47,531 nucleotides of DNA from Chthoniobacterales bacterium (lineage in GTDB: Bacteria > Verrucomicrobiota > Verrucomicrobiia > Chthoniobacterales > JAFAMB01): contig DASUWQ010000452.1 of NCBI GenBank assembly GCA_036378375.1, forward strand, positions 1-47,531. Reading direction: 5' to 3'. A program made the position numbers and the translations under genes. Positions 9,528 through 18,324 of the stretch are shown piece by piece. Position 1 is the first letter of the stretch. Every line of letters starts with the position of its first letter. The notes below the pieces were generated by a model. It saw nothing but the letters and a program-made list of their open reading frames with translations, was not told the origin of the DNA and searched no databases.

Positions 9528-9591
9528 GCTCCTAACGGAGCTGGTTGCGTATTAGATTGCCGTAGCTATAAAGATTTTGCTCCTACGGAGC
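9528..9591 (+). repeat. two REP-A units in direct orientation
   Basis: gatgtcgctcctaacggagctgg has its core at 9528-9541, and aaagattttgctcctacggagctcg has its core at 9579-9591. Confidence 0.85.
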
Positions 9592-10525
9592 TCGTCATCC
9601 GCGGCAGGTTTTGCCTTAGCCTCAGCACCGGTTCGAAGAGATCCCCCCTTTTTTTTACCCGGGTAAGTACTTCTTTGGTTTCGAACACCAGTGCTGCAGG
9701 ATCGCCTTTCCTTTTGGCTTGGGTTATTTCCCTCCAAGTAACCGGTGTCGAGACCGTCGGATGGGCCTTTGCCCGCAAAGAATACACGCACACGGTTGTC
9801 TTGTGTTCGTCATTCTGGCTCCAGTCGACGAGCACCTTTCCAGCTCTCAGGCTTTTCTGCATTTTCGACACCACCAAGTCGGGGTGCTCTCGCTCCAGCT
9901 TCTCAGCCAGTGCTCGGGCGACCGCTTTGGTCTCGTCATAAGCAATACGGCTATTGAGGGGGACATAGACCTGAAGTCCTTTGGAACCGGAAGTCTTGGG
10001 AAAGGATTGGAGTCCCAAATGATCGAAAACCCGCTTGAGCAACAAAGCAACTTCACAGCAATGGATGAGTTCCGCGGGAGGTCCTGGATCGAGATCGAAT
10101 GCGATAAAATCCGGATGCTCTAATTCTGGCGCCCGATGTAAAAAAGTATGCAACTCCAGGTCAGCGAGGTTTGCTGCCCAAACCAGCGCCGGCAGATCGT
10201 TCATCACGCAGTAATCGATAAAGCCTGCTCTCCGCCGGCTGGAAACTCGCGCGGTATCGACCCAATCCGGTCGATGCGACGGGCACTGCTTTTCATAAAA
10301 GAAAAATCCTTCAACTCCGTCGGGATACCTTTTAAGGCTGATCGGTCTGTCTTTCAGATGAGGTAGTAGCACTGTAGAGATATTTACGTAGTAATCGATT
10401 ACATCGCGCTTAGTAAAACCGGTTACGGGATAAAGAATTTTATCCAGGTTGCTGACCTTGACCTCTTTATCGCCTACCGCCAAAAAGCTTTGCTTCGCCA
10501 TGGGGATGTTCCTTTCGTCGTGCAA
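9566..10525 (-). CDS. stand-alone LigD polymerase/primase (PolDom) domain protein, NHEJ-type
   Basis: Contains KVSNLDKILYPVTGFTKRDVIDYY, LKDRPISLKRYPDG, YEKQ, VWAANLADLELH, FDLDPG and SGSKGLQVYVPL, which are hallmarks of LigD PolDom. There is no ligase or nuclease domain. The last ~10 aa are encoded by a REP copy. Confidence 0.85.
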   Translation of the reverse strand: MHDERNIPMAKQSFLAVGDKEVKVSNLDKILYPVTGFTKRDVIDYYVNISTVLLPHLKDRPISLKRYPDGVEGFFFYEKQCPSHRPDWVDTARVSSRRRAGFIDYCVMNDLPALVWAANLADLELHTFLHRAPELEHPDFIAFDLDPGPPAELIHCCEVALLLKRVFDHLGLQSFPKTSGSKGLQVYVPLNSRIAYDETKAVARALAEKLEREHPDLVVSKMQKSLRAGKVLVDWSQNDEHKTTVCVYSLRAKAHPTVSTPVTWREITQAKRKGDPAALVFETKEVLTRVKKRGDLFEPVLRLRQNLPRMTSSVGAKSL

Positions 10526-10782
10526 GGTCCCTAAATGGGTACCTTTTCTAGTTCGCCGCAGCTACCTCAGGCGTGCTCACGCCAAAACGCCAAGCGAAGC
10601 GGGAAGTTGAACCACGTCCGTTTCATTTCAGGAATCAACCAGACAGAACGAATAAAGTTAGCCAAGGCGGCCGCGGGCCCGGGATTCGCCTGCTCCGCTG
10701 GCGACCGGAGAAGGCACCGCAACAATGCACCTATCGTTCTATTCTTTAGCTCTGCGTTGCTGCGACCTCTGCGCAGCCTTGG

Positions 10783-11775
10783 TCACGCATGGTTCTGGGG
10801 TTCCTGACCTTTTTTCCGCCGTTTGCGGCTATTCCGTATTTGTCTTTCCTTCGCGCTGAGTACCTCGATTTCCATCCTTTCCACCCTTACCGCGTGTCGT
10901 TCTGGTTGAACGTGCGAGCCGTAGGAATCAGCAAAAATCCTAGTGAATTCAGCACCGAACAAAAGAATCTGGGCGGAATAAAATACCCAGAGTAGCAGCG
11001 TCACCAACGAGCTTGCTGCCCCGTAGGCGGATCCGGCTGCCCCACTGCCCAAGTAAAAGCCAAGCAGAAATTTACCGATTGCAAAAAGGATCGCCGTTAA
11101 AGCGGCGCCTGCCCATACATCCTTCCAGGCAATCTTGACGTCTGGCAAAAAACGAAAAATCATCGCGAAAAGCAACACAATTATCCCCAAATCGAATAGA
11201 TAAAAAATGGCTAAGCCGGCATAGTGGCCTCCTGGCATGACTGTCTCAAGGTAGTTATGGAGCGCTTTCAGGAAGCCCTCGACTGTCAAAGAAACGAGCA
11301 GTAGAAAGCAGACGCCTGCGACCATCCCGAAAGACAGAAAACGTGCCCTTATAAATCCCAAAAGTCCTTGCCCGGGTTTCGGCTTAACATCCCAGATGGT
11401 ATTCAGAGCATCCTGCAGTTGTCCAAAAATCCCGCTGGCGCCGAACAAAGCGACCAAAATCCCGATGGCAGTAGCAAAAATACCCGGCTTGGGTTGTGCG
11501 GCATTATTCGCAATGTCCTGAATAACTTTAACCGCGCTGGGATCCACCAGATACCGCAATTGTTCAAGAATTTTTTCCCGAGCCTGTTGGCTGCCATAGA
11601 CCAATCCGAAGATCCCTAAAAGGATCAGAATTAATGGAGCTAAAGAAAAGACGGTATAATAGGCTAAAGCGGCGCCCAATTGGGCGCACTTATCCCGGCT
11701 CCATCGAGAAGCAGTGTTTCGGAATAAGTCTAACCATTGTGCAGGGAACGCCTTTCTGGCTGTCCTTTGGGGCAT
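10783..11775 (-). CDS. YihY/BrkB (virulence factor BrkB) family membrane protein
   Basis: Contains WSRDKCAQLGAALAYYTVFSLAPLILILLGIFG plus about 6 TM segments. I prefer the ATG at 11775 (MPQRTARKAF). The track ORF extends to 12048 and would overlap the upstream gene. Confidence 0.85.
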   Translation of the reverse strand: MPQRTARKAFPAQWLDLFRNTASRWSRDKCAQLGAALAYYTVFSLAPLILILLGIFGLVYGSQQAREKILEQLRYLVDPSAVKVIQDIANNAAQPKPGIFATAIGILVALFGASGIFGQLQDALNTIWDVKPKPGQGLLGFIRARFLSFGMVAGVCFLLLVSLTVEGFLKALHNYLETVMPGGHYAGLAIFYLFDLGIIVLLFAMIFRFLPDVKIAWKDVWAGAALTAILFAIGKFLLGFYLGSGAAGSAYGAASSLVTLLLWVFYSAQILLFGAEFTRIFADSYGSHVQPERHAVRVERMEIEVLSAKERQIRNSRKRRKKGQEPQNHA

Positions 11776-12013
11776 CTCAGTTTGCTGGTCAGAGATGCGC
11801 GGTGGCTCCCCCGCCTCGATCTTTTCTGAGGTTTCAGTGGCTCTTCGAGGTATCGCGGTCTCGCTTTTCAAGGACTGAGTCCAAGCTTTTGCATAACGTC
11901 TCGCTAGGTCCGCCGCTACGCCTGTTGCTAGTTCAAAAAATAAAAAAAGAGATTTCCGGCCGTAGTGTCCATCAGGCCGAAGTTGCTCAACCGGGCTAGG
12001 TCTGTGAGTTAAG

Positions 12014-12409
12014 CTATGTCCGGAAAGTGCTCTGCCTCGCTTTTGCACGCTTGTAAATTTCCCTGCCGATATACGCGGTGATGATGGGTTTGATTAGTGA
12101 CCAAAGTGTAGAAATAGCTCGCGACCCGACCGTTTTTCTCGCTGGAGGAGAATGGGTTTGAGGATTCTTCGTCTCGGAACGATCTACCCGGATATAAACT
12201 TTTTTTCGACGCGCTGGTAGTCGAGAAAGCAAGAAGCCAATGAGCAGGGCGCCGCTTACCCAGTACCACGGTTCTTTCTTCACCGACTGTCTAAGGCGAT
12301 TTAAAAGATTGTAGTCGTTCTTTAACTCGCCGACTTGGGCTGCCATTTTCAGGCGATCTTCTTCGAGGCGATTGCTTAGGGCGCTTTTGTCTTCGGTTGA
12401 CTCAGCCAT
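12014..12409 (-). CDS. YqjK-like membrane protein
   Basis: 131 aa with an N-terminal coiled segment and one TM helix (WYWVSGALLIGFLLS). Its position after the YqjD-like and YqjE-like genes mirrors E. coli yqjD-yqjE-yqjK. Confidence 0.5.
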   Translation of the reverse strand: MAESTEDKSALSNRLEEDRLKMAAQVGELKNDYNLLNRLRQSVKKEPWYWVSGALLIGFLLSRLPARRKKVYIRVDRSETKNPQTHSPPARKTVGSRAISTLWSLIKPIITAYIGREIYKRAKARQSTFRT

Positions 12410-12786
12410 TCTTTATCTTTTTCGAAGTCTTGCAGACTCATCTGAAAGACGGGTTTACGAAGCTGTACTCGGAGCAAAAGGAGGAGCAAGACGGTGAATA
12501 AGGTCAATACGGCGCCACAAATCAAAGCACTCCAGCCCCAGGGTAAGCGAAAAAGCGCGCCTACTAGATAAAGAAGACAGGCGCCGTACATGAGTACGCT
12601 GGAAAGGCTAAGCACCAGAATTACCCCAATCAGGACGAGGATCGCAATGAAATGGGCGCTCGCCTCCCTGGATTCCGCCGCCACCAGTCGGACTTTGGCA
12701 TTTAAGTAATCCAGAAAAATGGATGCCCAACTTCTAAGGTGGTCGCCTTCTACCGTTTGCCTGATACTTGACTTCTGCGGGTTCAT
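12376..12786 (-). CDS. phage-holin-family / DUF1469 (YqjE-like) membrane protein
   Basis: 136 aa with two long hydrophobic helices (FIAILVLIGVILVLSLSSVLMYGACLLYLVGAL and WSALICGAVLTLFTVLLLLLL). The gene order is consistent with yqjE. Confidence 0.6.
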   Translation of the reverse strand: MNPQKSSIRQTVEGDHLRSWASIFLDYLNAKVRLVAAESREASAHFIAILVLIGVILVLSLSSVLMYGACLLYLVGALFRLPWGWSALICGAVLTLFTVLLLLLLRVQLRKPVFQMSLQDFEKDKEWLSQPKTKAP

Positions 12787-13132
12787 CTCCAGGGCTCATC
12801 TGCCGTTCGAATAGCGAGTGTAAACCGGTTGCTTCGTTTTCTCTCTTTCAGAAATATTTCTACAGAGGATTTTTAGCCGCTCAGGAGCAGGAAATTAGGC
12901 CTTCCACCCATCGCGTGCCCAATCACACGGGCGACCAGCTCTGAACAGGGAGACGGTAGCCATAGCGATCTCCTAGAGGAGAGATCAACTAGGACTGCCG
13001 AGCGCTTCGTTCATTTGTCTTAAGTGCGTTGCGCTCGATTCTATCGGATTCAGCACAGCCTCACAAATCAGCTTGCTCATTATAACCAGCAAAGTGTGTC
13101 GCTAACCTTGGATCGCTTTTCGACCGGGGTAA

Positions 13133-13411
13133 CTATAAAGGCAGCACGGGTAGAAATTCCTCGTGATGACGCAGAATAAAGTCGTTCATGGCTCGGCGAG
13201 CGACTTCACCGCTCTCTAGTTTTTCCCAGACTTCATGCGGATGGTCCAGTAACCATTCATTTAAGATTGCCTCTAAAATCTGAGCTCTTGTTTGGTCCAG
13301 TGCGCTACATTGATTCTTTAACCATTGAGCCTGATAAATGGAGAGATTTTCACCAATGAAAGATTCCGCCGAATCATTGGAATAATTAGGCGAGCTATCA
13401 AAGGGCGACAT
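13133..13411 (-). CDS. small ribbon-helix-helix-like protein, paralog A (unknown function)
   Basis: ATG at 13411, 18 nt after the upstream stop. ENLSIY-QAQWLKNQCSAL-DQT-RAQILEAILNEWL fits a strand-helix-turn-helix (RHH) pattern. The C-terminus carries the conserved FILRHHEEFLPV. It is about 50% identical to ORF 25515-25814. Confidence 0.6.
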   Translation of the reverse strand: MSPFDSSPNYSNDSAESFIGENLSIYQAQWLKNQCSALDQTRAQILEAILNEWLLDHPHEVWEKLESGEVARRAMNDFILRHHEEFLPVLPL

Positions 13412-13429
13412 AGCCAAAATTTTTCAAAC

Positions 13430-13675
13430 TCACTTCCGTAGTAGCAGGGAAACAATAACTCCGGCTATAAATGCAACCAACACTGCTTGGACGGGCTGTT
13501 CTCGGACCCGCGCTTCTAAGGACTGGAGATCGCTGAATTTGGTCCTGGCTTTGGTCCAAAATGCATTAACGGTCTGGCTGGCTTGATCGACAGCAGCCTC
13601 TACCGATTCTTTTATCTCCGCAGCTTGGTCTTTTGCTTTTTCTGAAATGTTCTCTGATCCGGTTGTCTCGTTCAT
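13430..13675 (-). CDS. DUF883 (YqjD/ElaB-like) membrane-anchored stress protein
   Basis: ATG at 13675 gives 81 aa: a charged helical N-part (KAKDQAAEIKESVEAAVDQASQ) and a C-terminal anchor (PVQAVLVAFIAGVIVSLLLRK), the typical DUF883 layout. Confidence 0.7.
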   Translation of the reverse strand: MNETTGSENISEKAKDQAAEIKESVEAAVDQASQTVNAFWTKARTKFSDLQSLEARVREQPVQAVLVAFIAGVIVSLLLRK

Positions 13676-13850
13676 AATCTTTTCGACATCGATTTGCCAA
13701 TCGTTAGTTCGCAGCAAAAGCCATGGTTGGGCTTTAAGTTATCGATCCGAGCGCATTTCTTCGGCCTCACGAAAACCGTCGTTGCCAGAAAATAAAGGTT
13801 ACAGTAAGCGAAGGATTGAGTCCGTCTTTTCCCATCAAAACCGTTCCACC

Positions 13851-15224
13851 CTACTTACTCGCCGGCCAAAGCATTCCGATAGCCGATACAGCCATAACCA
13901 GCGTAGCGCCCCAGCCAAAAGCTTTTAGATAAAGAGGTAAAACGAATTTGCCCATCACTTCGCGACTGCTCGCAATCAGCATCAGGAAACACATCACGGG
14001 CGCCGCGGTGACCCCATTGATAATCGCTGACCAAACGAGAGCCCGAATAGGATTGATACCGATAAAATTTAGCAAGAGCCCGATCAGAGTGGACAAAGCG
14101 AGGACGGCATAGAATGCAGTCGCTTTGCTCGCTTTGCGGCCGAGGCCGACTGGCAAACGGAAAGCCTCACCGATGGCATAGGCGCCGGATCCAGCAAGAA
14201 CGGGAAGCGCCAAAAGTCCGGTGCCGATAATCCCAAGGCTAAAAAGGAGGGAAGCAAATTTTCCTGCGATGGGCTGCAGGGCTTGAGCTGCTTGTTCGGC
14301 GGAATCGATATTCGTTTTGCCGTGCGCGTTTAAGGTAACGGCGACGGTTAGGATGATGAAATAGGCGATCACGTTCGAAATGGCCATCCCCAGATAGGTG
14401 TCTAGCTTGATTCTTTTTAGCTGCTCAGATCCTTGGCGGGGCGCGCGCTTCAGTGCCTTTTCTTGCGGTGTGCTTTCGATTTCCTCGACCTCCTCGGAAG
14501 ACTGCCAAAAGAAAAGATAGGGACTAATGGTGGTTCCGAACACGGCCACCAGGGCCTGAAGATACTGAGCGTTGAGTGAAAGATTCGGTACCAAGGTGCC
14601 TTGAATGGCTTTCAGCCAGTCGATTCTGACGACGAAGGCGGTCGCAACGTAAGCAAAGAGGCTTAAGGTCAGCCATTTTAGAACTGCTGCGTATTTTTGG
14701 TATGGGATCCAAATTTGCAAAACCAATGAGAAACCGGTGAGTAGCACACAGTAGAGGGGGGCAGGGCCTCCCACTACCAGAGTAACCGCGGCCCCTATTG
14801 CGCCGATGTCAGCCCCCAGGTTTATGGTATTGGCAAAGAGTAACAAACCGACGATGGCATAAAGCATCCAACGAGGGTAATAACGTCGCATGTTGCCGGC
14901 GATGCCATGGCCGGTCACCCGTCCGATGCGCGCGCTGATTTCCTGGATCGCTGCCATAAAAGGGTAAATGAAGGGCATCGTCCAAAGCATCGCATAGCCG
15001 AATTGGGCGCCGACACTGGAGTAAGTCGCGATCCCGCTGGGATCATCATCTGCGGCGCCGGTAATCAGGCCAGGTCCTAGGATCTTGAGGCCTTTCGCAA
15101 CCCAGGAGTGCGGCCTTCCAAGCAACGGCTTTTTTCTGCGTCTGATGGGCGGGCGGTGCAACGACGATGTTGTGCCGCCGAGCGGTTCTGCTTCAGAGTC
15201 TCCTGATTCTTGCGAAACCATCAT
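13851..15224 (-). CDS. Nramp-related (SLC11 superfamily) cation transporter with non-canonical metal-site motifs
   Basis: 457 aa with about 11 TM segments. TM1 reads GPGLITGAADDDPSGIATYS and TM6 reads FGTTISPYLFFW. The overall layout is Nramp-like. Confidence 0.85.
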   Translation of the reverse strand: MMVSQESGDSEAEPLGGTTSSLHRPPIRRRKKPLLGRPHSWVAKGLKILGPGLITGAADDDPSGIATYSSVGAQFGYAMLWTMPFIYPFMAAIQEISARIGRVTGHGIAGNMRRYYPRWMLYAIVGLLLFANTINLGADIGAIGAAVTLVVGGPAPLYCVLLTGFSLVLQIWIPYQKYAAVLKWLTLSLFAYVATAFVVRIDWLKAIQGTLVPNLSLNAQYLQALVAVFGTTISPYLFFWQSSEEVEEIESTPQEKALKRAPRQGSEQLKRIKLDTYLGMAISNVIAYFIILTVAVTLNAHGKTNIDSAEQAAQALQPIAGKFASLLFSLGIIGTGLLALPVLAGSGAYAIGEAFRLPVGLGRKASKATAFYAVLALSTLIGLLLNFIGINPIRALVWSAIINGVTAAPVMCFLMLIASSREVMGKFVLPLYLKAFGWGATLVMAVSAIGMLWPASK

Positions 15225-15281
15225 TTCGGCAATTACGTTCGCAAATCACTGCTTTTCTGGATGTTTTGATCTAGCGGAAGG

Positions 15282-16202
15282 TCACCCTGCAGAGGGGTTC
15301 ACCGTTGAAGCTTTAAGATCGATTAATTCAAGCGCACCAGCATAAACTGTGACGCAACAAGGGGTCTCCACTTCGGGAAATACTTTACCGTCGACGTGCA
15401 AAGGAACCTCCGAGTTGCGAAAGGTGATGTGCCGGCATCGCCGTTGCTCAACCGGCGCTGGGGATTTTGCGTCTTTTCTGAGGTGCTTCAGATAGCTTAG
15501 CCAATCTTTTCGATCTTCGCTTCTTACCCAAACCACATTTAACAGACCGTCGGCCGGATCTGCATCCGGCGCTAAGGCGAGGCTAGGCCCGATTAATCCG
15601 AGATTGGCTATTTCGAAAAGCAAGAGCTCGCCGCTCAGCTTTTCCGTATCGAGGAGGATCTCACATTCGAACGTGGAATTTTCTTTTGCCATAGACCAAA
15701 GATATTTCTTGGCATCGGCGAGTCTTTTGCCGGCAACCGTTCGAAATCTGGAACCATTTTTCTTTTGCAAAGCCCGCATCTCCTCCATAAAGCGCGGCAA
15801 AAGTCCGATACCGGCTGATTCGATGAAGCAGCGATGTCCGGTGGCACCAGTGACCAGCCCAAGATCCAACTTTCGTGTTGGAGCCGAGAAAAAAGCGGAT
15901 ATGAGCTTTGCCGGATCGTGCATTTGTCCGAGACTTCTTGCGCAATTGTTCGCGGTCCCAAGAGCCAGAATACAAAATGGCAACCCACGAGCTGCTAACC
16001 AAGGAGCAATGCGGCTGACGCTGCCGTCGCCGCCGGCGACAATCACTCGGTCAATAGGTTCGCCAAAGGCTCGTTGCCAGTCTTTGTCTTTGATCGAAAC
16101 GTACAGCACCTTGTGCCCGGCGCCTTCAATTTGTCGAACGAACTCAGAAGCCTTGAACGTTGCATTCCCCGCTTTAGGATTATGAAACAGGGCGACGTTC
16201 AT
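15282..16202 (-). CDS. diacylglycerol/lipid kinase family protein (YegS/BmrU-like)
   Basis: N-terminal FHNPKAGN and the catalytic VIVAGGDGSVSRI motif. The ~300-aa length is typical. Confidence 0.8.
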   Translation of the reverse strand: MNVALFHNPKAGNATFKASEFVRQIEGAGHKVLYVSIKDKDWQRAFGEPIDRVIVAGGDGSVSRIAPWLAARGLPFCILALGTANNCARSLGQMHDPAKLISAFFSAPTRKLDLGLVTGATGHRCFIESAGIGLLPRFMEEMRALQKKNGSRFRTVAGKRLADAKKYLWSMAKENSTFECEILLDTEKLSGELLLFEIANLGLIGPSLALAPDADPADGLLNVVWVRSEDRKDWLSYLKHLRKDAKSPAPVEQRRCRHITFRNSEVPLHVDGKVFPEVETPCCVTVYAGALELIDLKASTVNPSAG

Positions 16203-16378
16203 TTATTAGAGGATGGCTGACGTGATCGGTGCAGGGCAAGTTAGCTAGCAATTAGCTATTAACCCAGATCCCGAAGATGAAAAATCCGCAAATTACACAA
16301 ATTTCAGAGTTACGGCTAAACCGGGCCGTACAACTCTGCGCCGAAAAATTGGCAATCGATCGTCATGTAGGCCTCTCT

Positions 16379-16414
16379 TAATCTGCGTAATCTGCGTAAT
16401 CTGTGAAATCTGCG
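16379..16414 (+). repeat. 9-nt tandem array (TAATCTGCG x4, degenerate)
   Basis: The array reads taatctgcg taatctgcg taatctgtg aaatctgcg followed by gatctt. An inverted partial partner lies at about 16273-16305 (aaaatccgcaaattacacaaatt). Family members lie at 36672-36695, 39905-39925 (reverse complement) and 40127-40165. Confidence 0.85.
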
Positions 16415-16663
16415 GATCTTAAATTCGGTTTTGGGTTCAGTTTTGCTAACATTCTAAATCCTAAAAATTGGTTTTCGACAATCCGGCGATTCCCTGACAG
16501 AAGCTTAATGCGAAGGTAAAGCCGAACGCGTTGGCTGTTTTTATCAGCCACCTTCATCGATCCAGGGTAGTTGCTCCATGCGAACGAATAACGAGAGCCG
16601 TCCAGCGAGAGGCTGTTCTACCGAGCGGCTCCGATATTTGACCCGACACCCAGGAAGAATTTT

Positions 16664-17344
16664 ATGTCACAAGAATTAAGCGGAAAACGGGTAGCGATCG
16701 TTGTCACGGACGGATTCGAACAGGACGAACTGTTAAAGCCAAGACAAGCGCTGGACGAGGCCGGAGCCAAGACCGAAGTCCTCTCACCGAAAGCCGGCAA
16801 GGTGAGAGGATGGAAATATACGGACTGGGGAAGTGAAGTTGCTGTCGATAAAGAGCTGCAACAGGCCGATCCGGATGATTATGATGCCCTGATGTTGCCA
16901 GGTGGGCAGATGAATCCAGACAACCTGCGAATGGATAAGAACGCGGTTCAATTCGTCGAATCATTTGTTCGATCCGGCAAACCGATTGCCGCGATTTGTC
17001 ACGGACCATTGACGCTGATTGAAGCAGGTGGAGTAAAAGGACGACGGTTGACCTCTTACCCTTCGATCAAAACTGACCTCAGGAATGCCGGCGCGGAGTG
17101 GGTTGATCAAGAAGTAGTGACCGATCAAGGCTTGGTGACGAGCCGAAAGCCAGACGATATTCCCGCATTCAACCGGAAGATGATTGAAGAGTTTGCGGAA
17201 GGCCGCCATCCCTCTCGACTGAGATCGTTCACTCCAGGAACGGGAGCAGCCAAATCCGGCGTCGTGATCGAGGGTGCTTTCGGCGGGACAAAGGAAAAAA
17301 TGCCTCGCGAGAATCTAGGGGACCAGGGCCAGGGTCAAAACTGA
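16664..17344 (+). CDS. DJ-1/PfpI family protein (general stress protein 18-like) with C-terminal extension
   Basis: Contains KRVAIVVTDGFEQDELLKP, the nucleophile elbow IAAICHGP, and VTSRKPDDIPAF. A low-complexity tail of about 45 aa follows. Confidence 0.85.
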   Translation: MSQELSGKRVAIVVTDGFEQDELLKPRQALDEAGAKTEVLSPKAGKVRGWKYTDWGSEVAVDKELQQADPDDYDALMLPGGQMNPDNLRMDKNAVQFVESFVRSGKPIAAICHGPLTLIEAGGVKGRRLTSYPSIKTDLRNAGAEWVDQEVVTDQGLVTSRKPDDIPAFNRKMIEEFAEGRHPSRLRSFTPGTGAAKSGVVIEGAFGGTKEKMPRENLGDQGQGQN

Positions 17345-17480
17345 CATTGGAATAGTGCGCAAAAGCGCAAAGAACGCAAAAGGAGACGGCTCAAGTCCGG
17401 CGCAATCTAGCCAAAGAACTAGCGATATCCCTGGCGCCGAGATTGTCGCCCTACCGACCAATCACTCGCTTGGCACGCTC

Positions 17481-17819
17481 TTAGGCGTCCCGCGCGTGCA
17501 CCTCCGCCGGCGGACTGGTCACTTCGATGGCCGTGAAAGTGTCCAAGAGCTTGTAGCGATGTTTGGCGCCTCTGGGGACGACCCAGGAGTCGCCAGGTTC
17601 TAGAAGTACGCGCTGCCCCTCGATGTAGAGCTCGGCTTTTCCTTCAATGGCAAAGCCAATTGTCTCATAGTCTCGCGTCGTCTCCGGCTTATCTTCCGCT
17701 GGATTCTCCTTTTCCCAAAGCCGCATTGAAAGATGAAGCCCAGCGGCGAGATATTTCTGGCCTGCCGCACCTTTTGGGGCACATGCAGAACTCACTTTGG
17801 TAATGCTCTTATCCGCCAT
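17481..17819 (-). CDS. cupin domain protein
   Basis: ATG at 17819 (MADKS...). The cupin barrel motifs are GFAIEGKAELYIEG and PGDSWVVPRGAKHRY. Confidence 0.75.
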   Translation of the reverse strand: MADKSITKVSSACAPKGAAGQKYLAAGLHLSMRLWEKENPAEDKPETTRDYETIGFAIEGKAELYIEGQRVLLEPGDSWVVPRGAKHRYKLLDTFTAIEVTSPPAEVHARDA

Positions 17820-17914
17820 TTTCACAAACAAGTTCGTCCTTGGGGACTGGGGCGGATGGATAGAACAAATGGGAACGCTCCAGCAGCGGCGGGACCGAAT
17901 CGCCGTGAACGGAA

Positions 17915-18292
17915 CTACCGGTCAGGAAGCGCAGCCTCGGCGTTTCTGAGCACCTTTTCCAGTGTAGCCGGCACAAAAGGCTTAACCAGATGATATTGAT
18001 AGCCAGAAGCCAAGCTGCGTTGCACATCCGCCTGCCCTCCGAACCCGCTCATCGCCACCGCATATGCGTGAGTCCGAGGACGAAGTTGTCTCATCAGATC
18101 CCAGCCGTTCACATCGGGTAAGCCGATATCGCTCAGAATGACATCGACGTTAGCGAGATCATCGCGGGTTAGCGCGGTCTGTCCGTCAGGGATTACTGTC
18201 ACTTGATGGCCGGACCGTTCCAGAAATAATGAGACGAACTTAGCGGTGACCTCGTGATTTTCTATGATCAGGATCCTCAAGGGTGTGCTCAT
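17915..18292 (-). CDS. single-domain response regulator (CheY-like receiver)
   Basis: 125 aa with LRILIIENHE, the phospho-acceptor context VILSDIGLPDVNG, AVAMSG and HLVKPF. There is no output domain. Confidence 0.85.
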   Translation of the reverse strand: MSTPLRILIIENHEVTAKFVSLFLERSGHQVTVIPDGQTALTRDDLANVDVILSDIGLPDVNGWDLMRQLRPRTHAYAVAMSGFGGQADVQRSLASGYQYHLVKPFVPATLEKVLRNAEAALPDR

Positions 18293-18324
18293 CGACTAGA
18301 CAGGCCGGCCTTAGTTTAGCACGG

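Noticed and set aside
9369-9941. 190-aa plus-strand ORF bridging the 8921-9496 gene end, the REP units and the LigD region.
   Set aside because: It overlaps the REP-A copies and is antisense to the well-supported LigD PolDom gene. Its composition is Ser/Leu/Arg-rich, typical of a shadow ORF.
12787-13132. A 346-nt gap inside the yqjDEK-like cluster, with a small imperfect palindrome (gatctcctagaggagagatc at about 12967) that could be an sRNA or operator.
   Set aside because: The stem is short and imperfect, no repeat family or terminator is recognisable, and nothing here rises above background. It may simply hold an internal promoter.
15604-16185. 193-aa plus-strand ORF.
   Set aside because: It lies entirely antisense within the lipid-kinase gene, which carries the GGDG motif.
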